Below are positions 19,711 to 29,297 of a stretch of 64,000 nucleotides of DNA, piece by piece. Position numbers and translations under genes: made by a program. Under the pieces are notes generated by a model that ran no database searches, was not told the DNA's origin, and saw nothing but the letters and a program-made list of their open reading frames with translations. Within the stretch, counting starts at the first letter, position 1, and every line of letters begins with the position of its first letter. Source of the DNA: a virus (taxonomy: Duplodnaviria > Caudoviricetes); the IMG/VR virus record IMGVR_UViG_3300014205_000173; one strand, given 5' to 3'.

Positions 19711-20567
19711 AATAGTTCTTTTTTCCTTTTTGCTATCCCATAACACTTTTCTTTATATTCACACCACATACAAGGAACCTTGTCTTCTGAATAAAACATT
19801 GGAATCTTTGGAAGTTTATTTGATTTCAATAACTCTAAAAGTTTTTTTGCACTATTCCTAATATGTTCAACAAACTTTTCATCTCTAACAATTAGAAACT
19901 CTTTTATCTCACTTTTATTTTTGTCTTGGTAAAAAATAACACCCCGAGGAATATCTAGGAGCATCATATAAATAGTTATTTGAGTTACATACTTTGGATC
20001 TGGCTCTGTTATTATCTTAAATTTATCTCCATTTATTGTTTTAAAATCAACAATAAATCTTTCATCTATATCTCCGGGAACTAAATCAATTATTGCATCA
20101 ACGTGCCCCTCAAAATTAAGCTCTGTATCTCTTACCATTATCTCCGAATAATCCAATATCTCCTCTACTGATCTATTGTCATCAGGATGTCTCTTCTCTC
20201 CTAACTCTTCAAGCGTTTTTGGCCTATATATGCCATGTTTATTTTCTTTTCCATAAATCTTACCAGTTATTTTAGATTTCCAATTTCCTCTAAGAATTCC
20301 CATGCTCGCAAAATCACCCTGAATTCTATGATGAATTGCATGTCCTGTAGAAAAAATTCTTTGTAATTTTGGGTCTATCTCTGATTCTGGTTTATACCAA
20401 GGGTCTATTTCGCTATAATATTGTAACGCTATTTTCCTCAAACATTCACCAAAAGACGATGGGTGAAAATGTTTATAACCACGTTTTTCTCTACTCTCCA
20501 AACCTGTTTTTCTAAGATAAGAGTTATATAACTCTTCAAAAATAATAGTAAGCTCCGGCTTTCCCAT
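19707..20567 (-). CDS. Cas4-like PD-(D/E)xK exonuclease (solo, Fe-S)
   Basis: HPSSFGECLRK, GHAIH, EGHVDAI, IVDFKT, QITIYM, CMWCEYKEKC. Confidence 0.85.
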   Translation of the reverse strand: MGKPELTIIFEELYNSYLRKTGLESREKRGYKHFHPSSFGECLRKIALQYYSEIDPWYKPESEIDPKLQRIFSTGHAIHHRIQGDFASMGILRGNWKSKITGKIYGKENKHGIYRPKTLEELGEKRHPDDNRSVEEILDYSEIMVRDTELNFEGHVDAIIDLVPGDIDERFIVDFKTINGDKFKIITEPDPKYVTQITIYMMLLDIPRGVIFYQDKNKSEIKEFLIVRDEKFVEHIRNSAKKLLELLKSNKLPKIPMFYSEDKVPCMWCEYKEKCYGIAKRKKELL

Positions 20568-20590
20568 TTATATTCCTTCAAAAAATAAAA

Positions 20591-21322
20591 CTATAAAATA
20601 TTTGATTTTATTTTTTTAATATGATTAATTAATTTCTCAGAACCAAATTCCCTGATAAATAAATCAGGATCGTAATCTTTGCCTTTTGCAAATAAAAAAA
20701 CATCTAGATATTTAAATTTCTCGTCCAATGACTTTACTAGTTCTTGTCCTCTTTGAGATGCCATTCTTCCGGCATTATCGCCATCAAACATAAAAATAAA
20801 GTTTGTAGTAATTCTAGAAAGTTTTATTATGTGCTCTTTTGTTAATGTAGTACCCATTGTTCCAATAGTGTTTTTAAGACCACCCTGATTACACATAACG
20901 ACATCACATTGACCTTCAACTATTATAACAAAATTATATTTAATAATATACGGAAGAGCAACGTTTAACCCATATAAATAATGAGTTTTTACATAACTTT
21001 CATTAAACCATTTCTTAACTTCAGGATTAATTTCTTCTAATTGTGGCAACCTTCTTGAAAACGCTATTGTATTTCCATATTCATTTACTATTGGAAATAT
21101 TACTCCTCCAGATAAAAATTTTTTTTCTTCTGGAAGTTTTTGTTTTAAAGAAGGTGGACACCAACCAATTTCATATACCTTTATTGATTCTTCATTTATT
21201 TTTCTATTTTTTAAATATTCTATTGCGACTTTAGAAGTACTTTCCTCTTTTAAGAATTTTTGAAATATTTTTTTAAGTTTTTCGTTTGATGATTGTTTTT
21301 TGAAGTCCAAAAAAAGACTCAT
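20591..21322 (-). CDS. dnaG: DnaG-type primase catalytic core/TOPRIM, lacking zinc-binding domain
   Basis: EYLKNRKI, IFPI..EYG...FSRR, KWFNE, IIVEGQCDV, MGTTLT, FDGDNAG, DYDPD. Confidence 0.85.
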   Translation of the reverse strand: MSLFLDFKKQSSNEKLKKIFQKFLKEESTSKVAIEYLKNRKINEESIKVYEIGWCPPSLKQKLPEEKKFLSGGVIFPIVNEYGNTIAFSRRLPQLEEINPEVKKWFNESYVKTHYLYGLNVALPYIIKYNFVIIVEGQCDVVMCNQGGLKNTIGTMGTTLTKEHIIKLSRITTNFIFMFDGDNAGRMASQRGQELVKSLDEKFKYLDVFLFAKGKDYDPDLFIREFGSEKLINHIKKIKSNIL

Positions 21323-21324
21323 TT

Positions 21325-22503
21325 TTAAATTCCAGTATTATCATTTAACCATCTCTGAAACATTTGTTCGTCTATATCTCCATCATTCAATAGAACCTTT
21401 ATGAATTCTTCATTTGCCTCATTTATTTTTTCGAGAAAATCAAATAAAAGACCGTTCTCTTTAAACCAAACAAACAACTCTTCCCAGTCCTGTTTTGCCG
21501 AAAGAACACCCTTGTATACGTTGTCAGAGTTATCAGTATATTCAAACTTTGCATGGTTTGTCTTATTTCTTTTTATTGCATAAGACTCTCCGTAGTTTGA
21601 CTTTAAAAGACCCAAAATTCTTCTTATTGGTTTATAGAAAAAATCAACTTCAGCAACACCATTTGGAAGTGACACTCTACTTTTTTGAACAGTAACAACC
21701 AGTGGATGTCCTATCTGAATATCGCCCTCAAACATATCTGGACGATCTGTTTTTGATATATATCTTGGTCTTGCATATAATGTTAGGGAATTATAAAACT
21801 TTAAAGACTTCCCTCCTGTCATAGTTGTTTTTGGTGGCTGTCCGACTTTAAGCCTAACTCCAATAACTTCTCTTTCTTGTGATATGATAAATAATGTCTT
21901 TTTGTACTCTCCTACCAATCCTGCTATTTTACCAAGATTTTGGCTTAATAATCTTGCAACCAAACCTACCGTAACATCTTCAGCACTTCCCTCTTGAACA
22001 TCTTTAGGAACCAGTGCTGTTACTGAATCTAATACTATTACATCTATATCTGTTTTTTTTATTACGTCACAAATAACATCTATTACCGTTTCTGCAACGT
22101 CTCCGCTTGTTTGTGGTCTAATTATAACAGATCCATCCGTAAGATTTAAGCCCAATGAGGTTGAAAATGTTTTGTTTACACCTCTTTCCAAATCATAATA
22201 AAGACCTTTTTTACCCATTCTTTGAGCTTCGGCTAAAGCTTTAATTGCTAAAGAAGATTTTCCAGACTTTTCTGGACCCCAAATAACAACAATCGCCCCT
22301 ATTGGATACCCACCATTTATTATTGCGTCTATCTCTGCATATCCGGAAGGGATTCGTGGAATGTTAAAGTCTTCTTCTGTTGGACCTTGCAACTCATCTA
22401 ACTTATAATTTTTAAATACTGCATTTAATTGCTCTAAAGGTTTTTTGCCCCTTAAATCTTTTAACTCTTTATCTTTTGAATCTTTCTCTTCTTTTTTTGA
22501 CAT
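21325..22503 (-). CDS. recA: RecA/UvsX recombinase
   Basis: GGYPIG, Walker A GPEKSGKS, DLERG, IVLDSVTALVP, GGKSLKFY. Likely start ATG 22503 with an AAGGA RBS. Confidence 0.92.
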   Translation of the reverse strand: MSKKEEKDSKDKELKDLRGKKPLEQLNAVFKNYKLDELQGPTEEDFNIPRIPSGYAEIDAIINGGYPIGAIVVIWGPEKSGKSSLAIKALAEAQRMGKKGLYYDLERGVNKTFSTSLGLNLTDGSVIIRPQTSGDVAETVIDVICDVIKKTDIDVIVLDSVTALVPKDVQEGSAEDVTVGLVARLLSQNLGKIAGLVGEYKKTLFIISQEREVIGVRLKVGQPPKTTMTGGKSLKFYNSLTLYARPRYISKTDRPDMFEGDIQIGHPLVVTVQKSRVSLPNGVAEVDFFYKPIRRILGLLKSNYGESYAIKRNKTNHAKFEYTDNSDNVYKGVLSAKQDWEELFVWFKENGLLFDFLEKINEANEEFIKVLLNDGDIDEQMFQRWLNDNTGI

Positions 22504-22521
22504 TTTCCTTTCTTCTCCGAT

Positions 22522-22575
22522 AAAAGAATAGGACACGACCCTCCAATGAAGATCATTCATTACAAGATCGTGTCC
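22522..22575 (-). terminator. Long RNA hairpin between ssb and recA (terminator/attenuator or processing site)
   Basis: Minus strand GGACACGATCTT-G-TAATGAA-TGATC-TTCATTG-G-AGGGTCGTGTCC then TATTCTTTT. Confidence 0.6.
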
Positions 22576-22586
22576 ATTTTAAATTG

Positions 22587-23483
22587 TTAGAATAAGTCGC
22601 CTAAAACTTCTTCAGCTTCTTTTACTAAATCTAAATCTGTTTTAGGTTGGCTTTTTGTTTGAGTTTTTGTTTGAGGTTTTGAAGCTTGGCTATCTTCTGT
22701 ATTTCCAATTATATCAGAAATATTAGATACCTCAAAACTATCTTCAGAAACATCTTCTTTTTCTTTATTTATTGGTGCGTCTTCTGATTCGTTTCCAACG
22801 TTAATTCCAGCTAGCTCCTTAAGTTTTTTATCAAGACGCTCTGCTGCTCTTTCTTCGCTATAATATTCTTTTAAGTTGATAGCTCCTCTTTCACCAAGAG
22901 GTAAATCTTTATACTTTTCAGCATTTTCCTTTCTACCTCTTTTTAAGAGTTCTATTTGATCTTTTGTAAAAGGTGTTTGCTGTAAAGCTACTACTTTGTA
23001 GCTAGCTCTTTGTGATGCCTTTTTTCCGACTGGAACCTCGGACACAATTACGAAGTTTGGTCCATCAACTCCACCCGGGTCTATTTTTTCACCAGCATGA
23101 GCATGTCCTTCTGGATAAGTGAAGTTTTCGTGCCAAGCACCAAAACCATCAAAAACAGAAATACCTTTTTCAAGTATTCTTAATCTAACTTTGTCATCAC
23201 CAATATAAAAGGCGTTTACGGCAAAACTAGATGTAATTTTAACACCTAAACTTACCAGCCTTTGATGATAACCACCTTTAGTTGGAACAATAAACTTTTC
23301 GTCTTTATCTGTTTCTGAGTTATGAATCCACGCAATATCTATTGCGTGTGGGGCACCCACAAGTCTTACTGTGTGTTTGCCTTCTGAGAGTTTTATGAAT
23401 AGGTCTGCTGACCCTTCACCTTTGTTGTAGTTTTTTGGTGTGTTGTTCTTTTTAGATACATCACCCCATCCTATTGTTGCCAT
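22587..23483 (-). CDS. Single-stranded DNA-binding protein (gp32-like)
   Basis: FIKLSEGKHTVRLVG, acidic disordered C-tail ending LGDLF, adjacent to recA. Start ATG 23483 with an AAGGAG RBS. Confidence 0.7.
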   Translation of the reverse strand: MATIGWGDVSKKNNTPKNYNKGEGSADLFIKLSEGKHTVRLVGAPHAIDIAWIHNSETDKDEKFIVPTKGGYHQRLVSLGVKITSSFAVNAFYIGDDKVRLRILEKGISVFDGFGAWHENFTYPEGHAHAGEKIDPGGVDGPNFVIVSEVPVGKKASQRASYKVVALQQTPFTKDQIELLKRGRKENAEKYKDLPLGERGAINLKEYYSEERAAERLDKKLKELAGINVGNESEDAPINKEKEDVSEDSFEVSNISDIIGNTEDSQASKPQTKTQTKSQPKTDLDLVKEAEEVLGDLF

Positions 23484-23583
23484 AATAATTCTCCTTGGAT
23501 TTTGACAGTTGTTAGCCGTAAATGGGCTTTTGGTCAAAATCAAAAATTGGATGCATAAGCATCACTATCTATATACGCTACTT

Positions 23584-24297
23584 TTACTCATTTTCGTTTT
23601 CTTTAATTTGGCCATGATTATTTTTCGAAAAAGCGCCCCAACTCCAGCTAATCTCACCACCCTCCCTTTCTTCGGGATTTAGTAGTGGCCTTCCTATAAG
23701 TTTATTTAATTCTTGATTAATTGTAATTTTTCTAGAAACAGTATCTGACTTAGATATTAAATTTTCGTAAAATATCTTTAAAGAATTTAAAATATTTTTT
23801 CTTTCAATTCTTAAAAACAAAATCCAACTAAGAATAAACTCAGCCTCACCTTCCCTTCTTTTATCTGATGATAATTTACTAAATTTACCAGTCCATATTT
23901 TAAATAAAGAATTATATGTTGTTTCAACACTATTGTATTCAGATAATGACCTTTGGTATAGATCTGAAATTCTATCTTTTGCTTGCTGTATCTTGTCTAA
24001 TGATTGACTAAACATCTCTAGGCTAGGAACCGTTCCAAAATTAAAACTAGTTAAATTAGAGAAATATAAGATCTCTTTACAAACAAGATCTTCTGTTAAA
24101 AACTGAGTAGACTTTAGCCTAAGTATTGTTTTTTGTATTAAATTTAAAAATTCTTTATTTTCGCTAAGTGAAATTAATTCTTTTGCCGTTAAACTTAAAT
24201 GTTCTAAGTCTTTTTCAGTTTTTGTTTTTTTTACTTTTTTTGTCTCATCAACATCTTCTTCTGTTTCAACTTCTTTTTCTTCAAGTTCTTTAGTCAT
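23584..24297 (-). CDS. Helical protein, possibly a UvsY-like recombination mediator
   Basis: Coiled coil with SSDKRREGEAE; position next to ssb/recA. Confidence 0.35.
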   Translation of the reverse strand: MTKELEEKEVETEEDVDETKKVKKTKTEKDLEHLSLTAKELISLSENKEFLNLIQKTILRLKSTQFLTEDLVCKEILYFSNLTSFNFGTVPSLEMFSQSLDKIQQAKDRISDLYQRSLSEYNSVETTYNSLFKIWTGKFSKLSSDKRREGEAEFILSWILFLRIERKNILNSLKIFYENLISKSDTVSRKITINQELNKLIGRPLLNPEEREGGEISWSWGAFSKNNHGQIKENENE

Positions 24298-24306
24298 ATA
24301 TAAGCC

Positions 24307-24702
24307 TTATAGTGCGAAATCATCTACATCTTCTAAATTTAATGTAGGTCCTGACGGAACATTTTCTAAAGAATTTAAAAGATCAGACAAATCATCTGAT
24401 TCTTCTTCAAGTTTTCTTGGCTCTAAATTTGGACCAAGACCAACTAGGGCTTGATTGCTTTCATCCTGACACATCTTCTTTATTGAATTGATTGTATCTG
24501 CAATATCTAATTCCGTTTCATTAAAAGCCAACTTTGAAAGTTGTTTTAATTTTTCATTAAGTTCTTTTTCGTTAGAAAAACCTATCATTGCAGTAACAAA
24601 TGTTCCTCTATCAACATTGTCATATTGTGAGGTTATTCCTCTTAGTGAGACTTTTCTACTATAAGTTTTTGTAACTTTTATAAACTGTTTTTTTTCTTCC
24701 AT
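24307..24702 (-). CDS. Hypothetical protein
   Basis: 131 aa, acidic tail. Confidence 0.5.
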   Translation of the reverse strand: MEEKKQFIKVTKTYSRKVSLRGITSQYDNVDRGTFVTAMIGFSNEKELNEKLKQLSKLAFNETELDIADTINSIKKMCQDESNQALVGLGPNLEPRKLEEESDDLSDLLNSLENVPSGPTLNLEDVDDFAL

Positions 24703-24712
24703 TTTTATTGTC

Positions 24713-26782
24713 CTAAAATAAAGTTTTTATAATTGTATTTGTTTTTTTATTTCTAACAGTCATATCGAACATTTTTTGATAAGATAATATTTCATTGGCC
24801 ACCTGTTCGTTGGTGCCAAATGAAGCAAATGCGTTATTTTGTTTTAATACTTCTATTTCTCTTGAATTTAAAAATATAGAACCAACTCTAGACATAAAAT
24901 CACAAACAGATACATACGGTTGATTTTTTACAATTTCCTCAGAAGATTTTGGACCAACACCCTTAATTGAATCAAGAGGAGATCTAATAGAATTATCCCC
25001 TTCTGGATAATAGGTTTTCTTACTGAAATTAACATCTACTGGTAAGATTTTTAATTTTTTATATTCTGTTAAAAATTTTTCTATTGATATCTCTAAGGTT
25101 TCTTCATCCTTTTTAGATTTATCTGTAAGTATTGTACTTATAAATTCCATTGGATAGTATGTCTTTAGCCATGCTGTTTGGTAGGCGATAAAGGCATAGG
25201 CTGCCGAGTGGGCGAGATTGAAGGCATAATGACCAAAAGCAACCGCCACTTCCCACATTTCGTCTATAACATTTTGAGAAATTTTATTTTTCAGACATCC
25301 CTCAATAAACTTAGGCTTTATTGGATCTAAAAGTATTTTCTCTTTTTTAGCACATGCCTTTCTTAGTCCATCTGCCTCAAAAAATGAAAATCCAGCAAGC
25401 TTTATTGCCATTTTAATAAGATCTTCTTGAAAACATAATTGTCCATATGTTTTCTTTAAAATTGGTTCTAAATCAGGATGAGAATATTTTATAGAACCCG
25501 GATCATCTTTTGACTTTCTATATTTTTCATGAAGTTTAAATGCTAAAGCTCCCGGACGACCTAATGCATTAGCAGCAATAATGTCATTGAAATCACGACA
25601 TCCAATGATTTCCATAAGACCCGCTTTTTTACCTAATTTTATTTTTTTTGTTTTTGGATCTCTTACTGGTTTCCATGTCTCTTTATCTTTTTTTACATAA
25701 AGAGACGAATATGCACCACCACATAACTGAAAAACCCCCTCTAGCTTTAAATCGTTTATTGTTTTAAATACATTTGGATCATTCGGAACCAAATTTTCAA
25801 TATCTATTTTTTTACCATATCTTTCTCTTACCATATTTTCAACAAGAGTCATTTGCCTAAGCGTATTTATGTGTAAAATATCAAACTTTAAAAGTCCTAT
25901 CTCTTCACATTCTTTCCAGTCATATTGTGTTGACATTCCACCAACAAAAGAAATATCATCTTCTTCAAGTCCAAATTTTGACATTTCATTAGAATCAACT
26001 TGTTTGGCAACAAAAAGTGGTATGTCCATAAACACAGGTCTGTCGGATATAACTATTCCGGCAGCGTGAGTTCCGTAATTTTTATTTAATCCACATAATC
26101 TTTTTGCCATTTCAAATACTTTTGGATATTTCTTTTTTTCTTCTTGTAAACACTGTATAGCGGAGCATACTCTTTGATTCTTAAACTCTTCAATTTCTTT
26201 TTCGCCAAGCCATTGTTCTAAGCTATATGCTGGCATATTTGGCATTATTTTAGAAAGTCTTTTTGCTTCCTGATCATTTTCAGAACTAAACCTTCTGGAA
26301 TTTTCTTCATACTTTGTACCTGCTATATTTAATGCCTTTGCGCAAAACTGAACAGCAGCTTTAGGTCCATATGTTCCAGAAGTACCTATCAGAGAAACAT
26401 GATCTTTTCCATATTTTCCTTCTAGATATTTTATTATATCTTCTTTATACTCAAAGTCAACATCAATATCTGGAGGTGACAATCTGGTGTTTTTTCGATC
26501 TAATTCATATTCGAAATTAAATTCCTTAGATGTATCTGGTTTTTTATTAGTAATACCTAAAACATAAAATACCATAGAATTATATAGGTTTTTTGTTCCT
26601 CCAAATTTTTTTTCTCTTATATAATATAAAATATCTTTCATTAAAGATTCTGAACGTATCATGAATTTTAATTCATTTTTAAAAGAAGAATAATCACTTT
26701 CAGTTAAATTTAATCTGTCTTTTTCAGATTCATATTTGTCTTTTATTGTAAATAAAAGTTTTTCTATAGCTTTATTTTCCAT
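24713..26782 (-). CDS. dnaE: DNA polymerase III alpha, C-terminal part (catalytic palm, thumb, fingers, HhH)
   Basis: SPPDIDVDF, GTHAAGIVI, GLLKFDIL, GVFQL, ALGRPG, FQEDLI, YAFNLAHSAAY, LKTYYP, IKGVG. Confidence 0.92.
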   Translation of the reverse strand: MENKAIEKLLFTIKDKYESEKDRLNLTESDYSSFKNELKFMIRSESLMKDILYYIREKKFGGTKNLYNSMVFYVLGITNKKPDTSKEFNFEYELDRKNTRLSPPDIDVDFEYKEDIIKYLEGKYGKDHVSLIGTSGTYGPKAAVQFCAKALNIAGTKYEENSRRFSSENDQEAKRLSKIMPNMPAYSLEQWLGEKEIEEFKNQRVCSAIQCLQEEKKKYPKVFEMAKRLCGLNKNYGTHAAGIVISDRPVFMDIPLFVAKQVDSNEMSKFGLEEDDISFVGGMSTQYDWKECEEIGLLKFDILHINTLRQMTLVENMVRERYGKKIDIENLVPNDPNVFKTINDLKLEGVFQLCGGAYSSLYVKKDKETWKPVRDPKTKKIKLGKKAGLMEIIGCRDFNDIIAANALGRPGALAFKLHEKYRKSKDDPGSIKYSHPDLEPILKKTYGQLCFQEDLIKMAIKLAGFSFFEADGLRKACAKKEKILLDPIKPKFIEGCLKNKISQNVIDEMWEVAVAFGHYAFNLAHSAAYAFIAYQTAWLKTYYPMEFISTILTDKSKKDEETLEISIEKFLTEYKKLKILPVDVNFSKKTYYPEGDNSIRSPLDSIKGVGPKSSEEIVKNQPYVSVCDFMSRVGSIFLNSREIEVLKQNNAFASFGTNEQVANEILSYQKMFDMTVRNKKTNTIIKTLF

Positions 26783-26799
26783 ATAGCACCCATCATATT

Positions 26800-28131
26800 T
26801 TATTTTTTAACAAAGCTTTCTCTATCAATATTACCAAGATCAAAATTTTGTTTGTCACTTTCGTTTAATTCTTCAAAAAAAGCATCTGGTTTTGCTCTAT
26901 AATCAGCCTTCGCATATAAAAACCTATCCATACTTAAGTCATATATAATTGGATCTAATCCAGTTACATTTAGACAGTATAGTGCTAATGATCCAACGCC
27001 AGAACCACGTCCTGCTGATATTTTTTTACCTTCTCTTTTAGAGAAAGCACAGTAGTCTGAAACAATTAAAAAATAAGTTTCAAATTTAGTAAATCTTATT
27101 GTTTCCATTTCCGTAAAAAGACGTTCTCTGTATTCTTGAGAATTACTAAGACCTCTCTTCTCCAATCCTTCAAATGCTAAAAATCTAAGATATGCATCTT
27201 CTTCAGTTCTTCCCCAAAGAGTTTCTTTAAATTTATTAAACTTTTCATTATCTTTCGGTATATCAAACCTTGGAAGTTTTGCTTTTCTAGGTACTATATC
27301 TTCAACCTTATCATATATTTCCATTGTATTATGTAAAAGCTCTAATCCCTTACCCTTAAAAATAAGAGCCATTTCATCATAAGATTTCATGTAGTATTCT
27401 GATGATTGATTATAGTCTGGCGGCAACGGTCCACTTCTAGAAATTGAAATCTTTACACGTTGGGCTTCCGCATCATCTTTATATGAATAGTGACAATCAT
27501 TAGTAGCTATTGTCTTTATATTAAGTTCCCTACCCATCTCAACAAGAGTTTTTAAAACTTTTAACTGAGGTTGATATCCAGTCCACATCACTTCAAAATA
27601 ATAATCATCACCCCAAATATTTCTACTTGTCTTTGCAAGCTCATATGCAGCATTTAAATCATCATTTATTATTAGCTGTGACATCTTACTTGATGTACAT
27701 CCAGATGTAACAATTAAACCCTCGCTGTTATCTTTTAAGTTTTCCAACGTTAAACATGGAAATTCATTAAATGGTTTTTTTAATATTTGTGTATATGAAA
27801 GACTTGATAATATATTTATATTCTCATAGCCTTTAATGTTTTTTGCCAAAATTGTTTGATGATATATTTTTGATTTATTAGAAGATATATCGTCTACAAT
27901 ATATGCCTCCAATCCATAAATTGGTTTTATATTATATTTTTTACATGCCTTTCTAAACGAAGGAAATCCACCGACTATACCGTGATCAGTAAGAGCAATT
28001 CCTTTAAATCCTAATTCACTTGCTCTTTTAGCCATTATCTCCATTTCTTGCATTCCATCATATAAAGAAAAATGAGAGTGATTATGTAGGTGAACGAAAT
28101 TAACTTTTTTCGTTTCTGTAGATTCAACCAT
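26800..28131 (-). CDS. dnaE: DNA polymerase III alpha, N-terminal part (PHP domain to GRGS motif)
   Basis: FVHLHNHSHFSLYDG, ALTDHG, GLEAY, ATNDCHY, GRGSGVGSLALYCLNVTGLDP, DRFL. Confidence 0.92.
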   Translation of the reverse strand: MVESTETKKVNFVHLHNHSHFSLYDGMQEMEIMAKRASELGFKGIALTDHGIVGGFPSFRKACKKYNIKPIYGLEAYIVDDISSNKSKIYHQTILAKNIKGYENINILSSLSYTQILKKPFNEFPCLTLENLKDNSEGLIVTSGCTSSKMSQLIINDDLNAAYELAKTSRNIWGDDYYFEVMWTGYQPQLKVLKTLVEMGRELNIKTIATNDCHYSYKDDAEAQRVKISISRSGPLPPDYNQSSEYYMKSYDEMALIFKGKGLELLHNTMEIYDKVEDIVPRKAKLPRFDIPKDNEKFNKFKETLWGRTEEDAYLRFLAFEGLEKRGLSNSQEYRERLFTEMETIRFTKFETYFLIVSDYCAFSKREGKKISAGRGSGVGSLALYCLNVTGLDPIIYDLSMDRFLYAKADYRAKPDAFFEELNESDKQNFDLGNIDRESFVKK

Positions 28132-28135
28132 ATAT

Positions 28136-28792
28136 CTACCTCTTTTTCCTTGTACAAAGAATTTTATCTATAATTCCAAACCCTTTAGCTTCACACGAAC
28201 TCATATATCTATCTAATTTTTTTTCTAAAAACTTTTTCTTTATTTCTACAACACTTTTGCCAGTATTTCTTTGAAATATTTTATCCATAGTTTTTTGAAT
28301 TTTACCAAATTGTCTCATGTAATGAGGCAGTTGAGATTGAGAAACATCAACCAAATCTCCATATGATTCATGATACATAAATTCTGAGTATTTTCCTCCG
28401 AATCTTTTACCTTTGGTCCCATTACTTGCTATAAGGCAAGCAGCACTGGCCGCAATACCCAAAACAACAGTAGATATATCACACTTAGAATTATCCATAA
28501 CATCAATTAGCGCAAAACAATCTGAAACATATCCTCCTTCGGAGTTTATATAAATTGTTATATCGTCATAACTAACTGTTTCGCAAATATGAATTTGCGA
28601 AATTACAGACAAAACACTGTGCTTATTTATTGGTCCAAAAAGATAAATACTTCTATGGGTTAATAATCTTGCTAATGCTTTTTCGTCAAAAAATGAATTA
28701 TCATCACAACCTTCAGATTGTTCATCATAAACATCTTCATTGTCTATTTTTGGATTTACATCTTCTTTTTTGTTTGTTTTTCTATTAGGCAT
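28136..28792 (-). CDS. clpP: ClpP protease proteolytic subunit
   Basis: RSIYLFG, IYINSEGG, GIAAS (Ser), MYHE (His), DRYMS (Asp), FGIID. Confidence 0.9.
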   Translation of the reverse strand: MPNRKTNKKEDVNPKIDNEDVYDEQSEGCDDNSFFDEKALARLLTHRSIYLFGPINKHSVLSVISQIHICETVSYDDITIYINSEGGYVSDCFALIDVMDNSKCDISTVVLGIAASAACLIASNGTKGKRFGGKYSEFMYHESYGDLVDVSQSQLPHYMRQFGKIQKTMDKIFQRNTGKSVVEIKKKFLEKKLDRYMSSCEAKGFGIIDKILCTRKKR

Positions 28793-29297
28793 CTAGTGCC
28801 TCCTTTTTTAATAATTCTGAATCTGTTCCAAGAAAATAAACTATTTCCTGATGAACATATATTGGAAAATCACAACTTTGCATGATACAAACAGCGTCTG
28901 TAAAAAAACAATCTGTACATAAAAACTTTCCATCATTTTCAAAAATCATATAGGTTATAAAATGACCTTTGTCATATGAAGTAACTATTGCTGCAACTAT
29001 TTTTATTTTACCAAAATTTACTAAAATATTAAATAGTTTGTGGGCATGAGGAATATATTTTGTATGCTTGTCTAAAAAAAATTTCATATTATAATAACTT
29101 CTAGACGATACATCTACCTTGAGTGTATTTTTACTGTTTTTAAAAGAACAAAAAATTCCAAACTTCAAATCATTAATATCTCTATCGGAACAAAAAAGCC
29201 TTACATTATCTACTACGTCATATTCTTCGAAAAAATTACTAGATTGTCCAACAAAATTTAATAATCCCTTCACTTCTGTAGGGTTTATGGTTTTCAT
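28785..29297 (-). CDS. Divergent bifunctional nuclease (DUF151)-like protein
   Basis: PHAHKLF...GHFITYMIF...DCFFTDAV...PIYVHQEIV parallels DUF151 PLTHDL...GxFYA...DARPSDAI...PIYV. Confidence 0.5.
   Translation of the reverse strand: MKTINPTEVKGLLNFVGQSSNFFEEYDVVDNVRLFCSDRDINDLKFGIFCSFKNSKNTLKVDVSSRSYYNMKFFLDKHTKYIPHAHKLFNILVNFGKIKIVAAIVTSYDKGHFITYMIFENDGKFLCTDCFFTDAVCIMQSCDFPIYVHQEIVYFLGTDSELLKKEALDA

Noticed and set aside
19707-20567. CRISPR-Cas locus
   Set aside because: The Cas4-like gene is solo within the recombination cluster; no other cas genes or repeat-spacer array were seen.
24713-28131. Split intein in dnaE as in cyanobacteria
   Set aside because: No Cys-initiated IntN at the end of the N-part and no HN/C-S-T IntC at the start of the C-part.
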